This document shows, in pieces, positions 34,258-40,000 of a stretch of DNA of 40,000 bases. The position numbers and the translations under genes were made by a program. The stretch lies in sequence record MN176224.1. One strand, written 5' to 3'. Position 1 is the first letter of the stretch, and the number at the start of each line of letters is the position of its first letter. Source of the stretch: Bacillus phage 031MP002. Below the pieces are notes generated by a model. That model searched no databases, was not told the origin of the DNA, and was given only the letters and a program-made list of their open reading frames with translations.

Positions 34258-34286
34258 TTGACTTCAGTAAACTATTAGGCTACAAT
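34258..34286 (+). promoter_or_regulatory. Promoter with TTGACTTCAGTAAA element for the second GGCT-like gene
   Basis: TTGACT (34258-34263), 17-nt spacer, TACAAT (34281-34286). Confidence 0.85.
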
Positions 34287-34320
34287 AAGGACATACCAAA
34301 CCAAAGGAGAGATTTTTAAA

Positions 34321-34761
34321 ATGGCAAACGAAAAATACTTACCGTTTTTTGTTTATGGGACACTCAGACACGGTTTTAATAATTACGCTTGGGCACTCAG
34401 CGGAAAAGTGCGGCAGATTCGAAAGGCAAGCACAATCGGCACTATGTATTCCCTTGGAGGATTCCCTGCACTAGTGAATAAGGGCGAAAATGACATTGTA
34501 GGCGAATTGATTCTTGTTGAGCCTGAACACTATGACAAGGTGTTGGAAAGCCTAGACATGTTAGAGGGGTATCATAAATACGATGAAGACCCGAAAGAAA
34601 CGTCAATGTACCTGCGTAAAGAAGTTGATGTACTGGACGACCTCAGCGGCGAAACCGTAAAAGCTTGGGTTTACTATTGGAATAGACCTACGGACAGGCT
34701 ACCCGTTATCGCAACAGGAGATTGGGCGTTTCAAGAAGTGGAAGGGCGGCACTCGCTATGA
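34321..34761 (+). CDS. Gamma-glutamylcyclotransferase-like (GGCT/AIG2, YtfP-type) protein
   Basis: 'FFVYGTLRHGFNNYAWALSG', 'GGFPALV', 'IVGELILVEPEHYDKVLESLDMLEGYHKY', 'VKAWVYYWNR'. Confidence 0.88.
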   Translation: MANEKYLPFFVYGTLRHGFNNYAWALSGKVRQIRKASTIGTMYSLGGFPALVNKGENDIVGELILVEPEHYDKVLESLDMLEGYHKYDEDPKETSMYLRKEVDVLDDLSGETVKAWVYYWNRPTDRLPVIATGDWAFQEVEGRHSL

Positions 34762-35003
34762 TCATGGCTGTCCGTTATTACACAGGAAGCGAATTGGTTG
34801 GAAAAAAGGTTCTTCTGTACCTACGAGGTGACAAATTCAAAGGTATCGAATGTGAAGTGACAGCTTCAGCAGAAGACAGCATAGGGGAATACATTGACAT
34901 CAAAAATGATGAATACGGTTGGAAGAGGTTTCACCACTTCGAAATTGACTACGTTACACCGTTAGGGGATGTAGATAAAATCATAGGGGAGGGCACGGAG
35001 TGA
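34758..35003 (+). CDS. Hypothetical protein
   Basis: ATGA overlap with the upstream stop; start trimmed from the 34722 ORF. Confidence 0.55.
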   Translation: MIMAVRYYTGSELVGKKVLLYLRGDKFKGIECEVTASAEDSIGEYIDIKNDEYGWKRFHHFEIDYVTPLGDVDKIIGEGTE

Positions 35004-35212
35004 TGGCATTTCACAAAGAAGTGGTTGAGACTATATACAAAACGGTTGTTATTTGCGACAAGTGCGGCAAAGAGAAGGTTTTAAATGTAGGGCATCCGTT
35101 ATCGTGGGAGGGGCATATGAACGGCGCTTTGCACCATGATTACACATTCACGGAGAAGGGGAACGGCTTTGAAACTCTATGCCCTGACTGTCAGAAGGAG
35201 GGTGCAGAGTGA
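35000..35212 (+). CDS. Small zinc-ribbon-like protein
   Basis: 'VICDKCGKEK...LCPDCQK' paired CxxC motifs. Confidence 0.6.
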   Translation: MMAFHKEVVETIYKTVVICDKCGKEKVLNVGHPLSWEGHMNGALHHDYTFTEKGNGFETLCPDCQKEGAE

Positions 35213-35340
35213 TGAAATGTCCTGATTGTGAGGGTACAGGGTACGATACTTGGTTTGCTGGAAATGTGAAAATGCAAGATCATGATGTCCCGTGCGCTAA
35301 TTGCGGCGGGCGTGGAGAAATCAAGGAGGGTGCGGAATGA
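35212..35340 (+). CDS. 42-aa small double-CxxC protein not in the ORF track
   Basis: 'MKCPDCEGTGYDTWFAGNVKMQDHDVPCANCGGRGEIKEGAE' with DnaJ-type CxxCxGxG motifs; TGATG overlap with the upstream gene and good RBS. Confidence 0.6.
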   Translation: MKCPDCEGTGYDTWFAGNVKMQDHDVPCANCGGRGEIKEGAE

Positions 35341-35564
35341 TTAAAGTTACAGTAATCAGCAAAAAGACTGGAAAAGTTAAAAGGGGAGAATTCAGCGCAC
35401 GGGAGTTATTAGAAAGCAATGAGGATGAAATTGTGGATACCCTTACACAATGCGATTGCCAGCCTGTAGGGGAAACGTATGTAGTAGAATGCAATTGTTG
35501 TGAAGAGTGGGAAGAATATGTATTGTATTTTGAAGATGGGGATATTGAGGGGGATGCGGAATGA
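35337..35564 (+). CDS. Hypothetical acidic protein
   Basis: 'MIKVTVISKKTGKVKRGEFSARELL...'; start at the ATGA overlap with the upstream gene. Confidence 0.6.
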   Translation: MIKVTVISKKTGKVKRGEFSARELLESNEDEIVDTLTQCDCQPVGETYVVECNCCEEWEEYVLYFEDGDIEGDAE

Positions 35565-35998
35565 TAAAAAAAATAATCTTATCGGTGGTTGTTCTATCCG
35601 CAGTATTGACAGCGATTTTCCCATATGAAGCGAGTGCGGCTTGGTCAGGATGGCAGAACAGAAATGGATACAGCATTAGGGTTTACACGGACGCTACCAC
35701 GTACACGCCTAAAGCGTCCACGATTGACTACAAAGCAGAGAAGAAAGGAACATCAAGGCTTTATTACAAAGCCATCTTGTACAAATACACAAGTAAAGGT
35801 CTTATACACACAGGTCAAGTAGGTTCAGGGTCATTCACTAGTTCAACGCCATCCAAAAGCTTCAGCGTTCGTTCAGCTAGAAGGGAATACGGAAATGGAA
35901 CATACCTGATAAAATACAACCTGTACAAGAAATCTAATTGGACTGGGTATATCGGCAGTGCAAACAGCAGTTACTTTTATATTGTGGCTTCAATTTAA
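35561..35998 (+). CDS. Secreted small protein with signal peptide
   Basis: 'MIKKIILSVVVLSAVLTAIFPYEASAAWSGW' signal peptide then Tyr/Ser-rich beta-like sequence. Confidence 0.7.
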   Translation: MIKKIILSVVVLSAVLTAIFPYEASAAWSGWQNRNGYSIRVYTDATTYTPKASTIDYKAEKKGTSRLYYKAILYKYTSKGLIHTGQVGSGSFTSSTPSKSFSVRSARREYGNGTYLIKYNLYKKSNWTGYIGSANSSYFYIVASI

Positions 35999-36000
35999 AG

Positions 36001-36030
36001 CGTCCCGCATCGGGGCGTTTTTTTATTTTT
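36001..36030 (+). terminator. Rho-independent terminator
   Basis: CGTCCCG-CAT-CGGGGCG + TTTTTTTATTTTT. Confidence 0.8.
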
Positions 36031-36044
36031 AAAAACGGAATAGG

Positions 36045-36073
36045 TCAGGCTTCAGCCTAATAACATGTAATAT
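36045..36073 (+). promoter_or_regulatory. Promoter-like element with AGGCT-TC-AGCCT palindrome
   Basis: Weak -35 TCAGGC (36045-36050), 17-nt spacer, TAATAT (36068-36073); palindrome 36047-36058. Confidence 0.45.
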
Positions 36074-36089
36074 AACTCGATTAAAGGAA

Positions 36090-36308
36090 GTGTCCAAAAT
36101 GATGACAACAAAAGGTGTAACGTTCAATATCTCTAAGGCAGATCAAAAGAAACTGTATGACTTCGCAATGTCCACAGGGAATTTTTCGGGATACGTGAAA
36201 GACCTCATTCGCCGTGACATCGCTACTCGTGAGCGGCAGAAACAGAAAGCCGCCGCAACGAAAGTAAACCCGCCGAAAAATAACGGCGGGGTAAGATTTA
36301 GCCTGTAA
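36090..36308 (+). CDS. Ribbon-helix-helix-like small DNA-binding protein
   Basis: 'GVTFNISKADQKKLYDFAMSTGNFSGYVKDLIRRDI' RHH pattern; true start likely one of the downstream ATG codons. Confidence 0.6.
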   Translation: MSKMMTTKGVTFNISKADQKKLYDFAMSTGNFSGYVKDLIRRDIATRERQKQKAAATKVNPPKNNGGVRFSL

Positions 36309-36378
36309 TTACCTTTACGATGATAGCGCCTGCGCCCGTAGCCATAAGCACATATCCAGCAACAACTATCAATGGCAT
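36298..36378 (-). CDS. Candidate 26-aa hydrophobic peptide
   Basis: Minus strand: AAAGGA-9 nt-ATG, 'MPLIVVAGYVLMATGAGAIIVKVITG' then TAA. Confidence 0.3.
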   Translation of the reverse strand: MPLIVVAGYVLMATGAGAIIVKVITG

Positions 36379-36428
36379 GTCATCACGTCCTTTCAAAATT
36401 AGTTTACTCAATAAGGAGGAATAAACCC

Positions 36429-36821
36429 GTGGGAATCTTTAGAAAGAAAGTGCAGACTGTAGGAACTGTGAGTGAATTCATGTCAGGTGAATGGAAAATG
36501 ACGAAAGAAGAAAAAATGACGCTTGGTTCAGTTGCGCTCATGCCAATCGCTACATTTGCGGCAGACAAAGCCTATGCCAAGGACTTGGTGAGCGCCACTA
36601 TTATGAAGGCGTTCGACCCTGTTATTGACCTTTTACAAGGTATTTCCTATCCAGTCTGTTTCATCATGCTTACAGGTGGATTCATCCTTGTTATGATTGG
36701 TCAGGGTCACAGAGGAATGCGAATGATTAAATGGGCGGCAGTAGGGTATGTAGGTCTTCAGTTCGCACCTGCGATCATGGAAATATTAGTGGACATCGGA
36801 AAAGCAATGAGAGGGGCGTGA
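36429..36821 (+). CDS. Small membrane protein (pilin- or VirB2-like topology), GTG start
   Basis: RBS AAGGAGGA before GTG 36429; hydrophobic segments 'SYPVCFIMLTGGFILVMIG' and 'MIKWAAVGYVGLQFAPAIMEILV'. Confidence 0.55.
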   Translation: MGIFRKKVQTVGTVSEFMSGEWKMTKEEKMTLGSVALMPIATFAADKAYAKDLVSATIMKAFDPVIDLLQGISYPVCFIMLTGGFILVMIGQGHRGMRMIKWAAVGYVGLQFAPAIMEILVDIGKAMRGA

Positions 36822-36827
36822 ATTGTC

Positions 36828-38984
36828 ATGATTCACTTCAAAATCACACCTGACAGCCGTTTAGATAATCGTGAGAGCGAGCGCCTAGCGAAGACCCTAT
36901 TCACTTACAAAAACATGTTCCAAAGATGGCACGGTAAAGGATTCAGCAAAAAGCCTTTCTTCAGCTACGAGATCAAGCTACAAAAAGGAGGGACGGAATT
37001 TTTTTTAACTGTACCCGATGACGCAGAAATGGTTGCAAAAAAGGCGGCTGAATCGGTTTGGAACAATTCGGCAGTAGAAAAAGTCGAAGACCCTTTTGTA
37101 GCAGCGCCCCAAATCTTGAACCGACTTTCATTGGAAAGGCACTACATGTTCGCTTTGAAAGTAGACCGCCGCAGGAACGGGATGTTGGAAAGCCTTCTCG
37201 AAACCCTGAATAACATGTCGGCCGATGATATGGCTTACATCCAAATTCTAGCCGTGCCCGCCCCGCAAGACTGGGTGATGGGTGCGGCTGATGCTTACAG
37301 ACGCTTTAAATCAGGTCAAATGCCTACAAAGATACACCTCAGCAAAAAGGGAATAACAAACCTTGCATTGAAGACAGCGGCAAAGACTGTGTTTTCTATA
37401 ATTGACGGCATGACGGTTGTCAGCGGCGGCAAACCTGAACCAATAGACTTTGACGGCGCAGAAAGAGCCATGTTACTGCGTGACGGTCAATTAAGAAGGG
37501 AGACGTTACAGAAGGCTAAAGCTGAAGCGTATGAAGTGCATATAAGGACAGCGGTAGTTTGCAATGACCCTGTAAGAGCCGTGGCGCTAGACAGGATGAT
37601 AAACACAGCGTTCAGAGACTTGGACGGGGATAACTCACTAATAGTCAGCCCTAGTGACCCTAAATCATTCACGGACATGAAGAACAGGAAACCAAGCCTT
37701 CAGATACAGAAGGACTATCTGAGTATCCCTGAATTAGCGAGAATGACCCTCCTGCCTTCAGGAGCGCTTCAAGATACCTACGACATCCCGCACATAGGAA
37801 GGCTTGAAACTGACGTGCCTGAGCGTCTTCTGAAGGGTGGTTTGTTGCTGGGACACCACGAGAGAAAAGGGAGGAAACAAAATGTATACTATCCTTGCAA
37901 TAATTGGGATGAAATATGCCTGCCGTGCGCTATTGTGGGCGGTATGGGGCAGGGAAAAACAAAAGGGTTCGGAGCAAATAAAATCGTTCAAGGCGTGAAG
38001 AATGGATTCGGGGCACTATGCCTTGACCCTGCCAAGGGAGAGATAGGAAAAGAAGTAGCGAGTCAATTGAAGCCGCATCAAGTCATCAGGATAAACCTTG
38101 GCGAAAAGCCTATTGCCATTGATTGGAGAGAAACAAAACACGCTGTCAGGTCACGGAATAGGCTTGCAAACACGATACTTGGATTCTTTGGGGATGATGA
38201 CACAGGAGGGCAAACAACACGCTTTCTGCGGGCTTCAGTATTCGGAATGAAAACCACGAACATAAAAGAACTATTGACGATGTGGGAAGACGAGAACTAT
38301 CTGAAGGAATGCTTAAAAGAAATGCCTGACAGCATTCACAAGACCACTTTAACGAACCTGAGCCAATATTCGGACGCCCGCCGCAGGCAGGTTCTTGACC
38401 CACTTTACAACAGGATGGACGACATAATGGGTGACGAATACCTTGCTGAGTGCTTTGACGCAAAAGAAGGTCTGGATATGGTAGAGATCATGAGTCAGAA
38501 GAAGGCTGTTATCATTGACATACCGCAAAAACTCGTAGGTGATGCAGGTGTAAACCTAATCGGGAATCTGATCATAACTAAAATTAACCTAGCGATGACG
38601 TTGAGGGAAGAGAAGAACCAGTTCCCGTTCTTTATAGTCATTGACGAGCCGCACCAATTCACAAGATCAAAAAACGTTTGGAAGACAGCGTGCGTAGAGT
38701 CAAGGAAATGGCGTGTGGGTTATAACTTTATGTTCCATGATTGGGTACAGCTAGACCGTGAATTGCGGTCTATCATGTCAAATGCAGGTCTGAATTATCA
38801 CCTGTACCCTAGCGGCAAGAAAAACTTTGCGGCATTAGCTGAAGAGATAGCGCCTTTCACTGTAGAAGACGCTTTGAAAATGCCGTCACACCATGCTATC
38901 AATATCATAAGAAGCGGCGGCGAGCAGATAAAACCGTTCATGTTGAAAATGACAAAGCCGCCATCCATGCAGGGTAAAGCCTAG
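36828..38984 (+). CDS. VirD4/TraG- or HerA-like P-loop ATPase
   Basis: Walker A 'CAIVGGMGQGKTKGFGANK', 'LCLDPAKGEIGKEVA', Walker B 'FPFFIVIDEPHQF', 'ESRKWRVGYNFMFHDWVQL'. Confidence 0.8.
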   Translation: MIHFKITPDSRLDNRESERLAKTLFTYKNMFQRWHGKGFSKKPFFSYEIKLQKGGTEFFLTVPDDAEMVAKKAAESVWNNSAVEKVEDPFVAAPQILNRLSLERHYMFALKVDRRRNGMLESLLETLNNMSADDMAYIQILAVPAPQDWVMGAADAYRRFKSGQMPTKIHLSKKGITNLALKTAAKTVFSIIDGMTVVSGGKPEPIDFDGAERAMLLRDGQLRRETLQKAKAEAYEVHIRTAVVCNDPVRAVALDRMINTAFRDLDGDNSLIVSPSDPKSFTDMKNRKPSLQIQKDYLSIPELARMTLLPSGALQDTYDIPHIGRLETDVPERLLKGGLLLGHHERKGRKQNVYYPCNNWDEICLPCAIVGGMGQGKTKGFGANKIVQGVKNGFGALCLDPAKGEIGKEVASQLKPHQVIRINLGEKPIAIDWRETKHAVRSRNRLANTILGFFGDDDTGGQTTRFLRASVFGMKTTNIKELLTMWEDENYLKECLKEMPDSIHKTTLTNLSQYSDARRRQVLDPLYNRMDDIMGDEYLAECFDAKEGLDMVEIMSQKKAVIIDIPQKLVGDAGVNLIGNLIITKINLAMTLREEKNQFPFFIVIDEPHQFTRSKNVWKTACVESRKWRVGYNFMFHDWVQLDRELRSIMSNAGLNYHLYPSGKKNFAALAEEIAPFTVEDALKMPSHHAINIIRSGGEQIKPFMLKMTKPPSMQGKA

Positions 38985-39026
38985 AAGCTTACCCTGTTAT
39001 TTTTTTGAGAAAAAATAAAAAAACAC

Positions 39027-39055
39027 TTGTACTATTCGAGTAGTATTGATAATAT
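39027..39055 (+). promoter_or_regulatory. Promoter with overlapping operator for the XRE regulator
   Basis: TTGTAC (39027-39032), 17-nt spacer, TAATAT (39050-39055); palindrome ACTATTC-GAGTAGT 39031-39044. Confidence 0.6.
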
Positions 39056-39089
39056 AATAGTAGGTTACTCAAATCAACTACTTTAGGGG

Positions 39090-39380
39090 GTGGAAGAAGT
39101 GGCGAATAAACATACACCTACGAAAGCAGGGAACAACCTGAACCAAATGAGAACGATGGCGGGGCACACTCAGCAAAGTTTAGCAGATGCGGCAGGAGTG
39201 AGCCAAAAAACAATAAGCGCAATCGAAACGGGAAGAATACCATTCCCTACAATCCAAACAGCGTTCGCTTTGGCTCAGGTCTTGGACTGCGAACCTGATG
39301 AATTTTTAGAATTTACATTCAAGAAAAGACCGAAAACAAGTACAAAATTATCAACATTGAAGAAAAAATTGTCTAAATAA
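39090..39380 (+). CDS. XRE-family transcriptional regulator
   Basis: 'GNNLNQMRTMAGHTQQSLADAAGVSQKTISAIETGRIPFPTIQTAFALAQVLDCEPDEFLEF'. Confidence 0.9.
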   Translation: MEEVANKHTPTKAGNNLNQMRTMAGHTQQSLADAAGVSQKTISAIETGRIPFPTIQTAFALAQVLDCEPDEFLEFTFKKRPKTSTKLSTLKKKLSK

Positions 39381-39402
39381 GACACCCAAAGGAGAATGAA
39401 AA

Positions 39403-39984
39403 ATGGAAGCTACTCTTTACAATCTGACAGATAAAATGCGTGCGTTACTTGATTACATTCAGGATGCGGAAAATCCGCAGGAACTTGAAGAACTTTTGAA
39501 GGACAGCAAAGAAGCGCTGAACTTGTCCATTGATGAAAAACTTGAAGGCATGATGATGATTCGTCAAAACAAATTAGCGAGAGCGAACGCACTGAAGGAA
39601 GAAGCGAAGCGTCTCAATGATTTGGCAAAACAGGAAGAAGCGGAAGTAGATAGGATTGAATCATACGCCGCCTATGAACTTGAAAAACTGGGGTATGATC
39701 ACAAGGCGAAAGAACGGTATAGAAGTGTAGGCAAATTCAATCTAGGCTTTAAAAAATTGCCGCCTTCGGTAGAAATCTTGGACGCTAGTAAGATTCCGAC
39801 ACAGTACATGAACATCCCAGTTGCGCCGCCGCCATCACCTGACAAGAAAGAAATTGCGAAGCTTTTGAAAGAGAAAGCGGCAATGCTTTACGGCGATAAG
39901 TGGAGCAAGGAGAAAGATGAAATTGTCATCGAAGAGTACGGAATAAAGCTTGTGAATAACAAACAGAAATTCGAAATTAAATAA
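39403..39984 (+). CDS. Siphovirus Gp157-like protein
   Basis: N-terminal coiled coil 'YNLTDKMRALLDYIQD...' and 'EAEVDRIESYAAYELEKLGYDHK...FNLGFKKLPPSVEILDASKIP' typical of Gp157. Confidence 0.75.
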   Translation: MEATLYNLTDKMRALLDYIQDAENPQELEELLKDSKEALNLSIDEKLEGMMMIRQNKLARANALKEEAKRLNDLAKQEEAEVDRIESYAAYELEKLGYDHKAKERYRSVGKFNLGFKKLPPSVEILDASKIPTQYMNIPVAPPPSPDKKEIAKLLKEKAAMLYGDKWSKEKDEIVIEEYGIKLVNNKQKFEIK

Positions 39985-40000
39985 AACCCAAAGGGAGAGA

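Overview
The window looks like about 40 kb of a tailed (siphovirus-type) phage or prophage of a Firmicutes, probably Bacillales-like, host. Family names are my recognition of protein motifs; no database search was possible. Left to right: terminase small and large subunits, portal and minor head protein; a roughly 5.8 kb insertion (about 4862-10665) made of a long non-coding region plus a reverse-strand gene cluster; then scaffold, capsid, head-tail connector, tail tube, tail-assembly chaperones (with a canonical -1 slippery site), tape measure, Dit, tail endopeptidase, DUF859-like, XkdW/XkdX-like, holin, GH25-LysM lysin and second holin genes. An accessory region follows (30-36 kb), then an RHH protein, membrane protein and VirD4/HerA-like ATPase set, an XRE regulator and a Gp157-like protein. 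Most interesting observations: (1) a non-coding locus of about 700 nt with its own extended -10 promoter, a dozen or more local hairpins and a terminator, resembling in size and context the large ornate phage RNAs (GOLLD/ROOL class), followed by a ~140-nt super-hairpin RNA and a third small RNA candidate; (2) a semi-palindromic sequence TTGAC(T/A)NNARTAAA overlapping the -35 box of eight promoters scattered on both strands, which links that large RNA, a lipoprotein, a small RNA carrying a 12-nt copy of the 16S rRNA anti-Shine-Dalgarno end, an amidoligase and two gamma-glutamylcyclotransferase-like genes into one apparent regulon; (3) an iteron-like inverted repeat cluster at 30.65-30.85 kb; (4) a conjugation-like ATPase module in a phage context.
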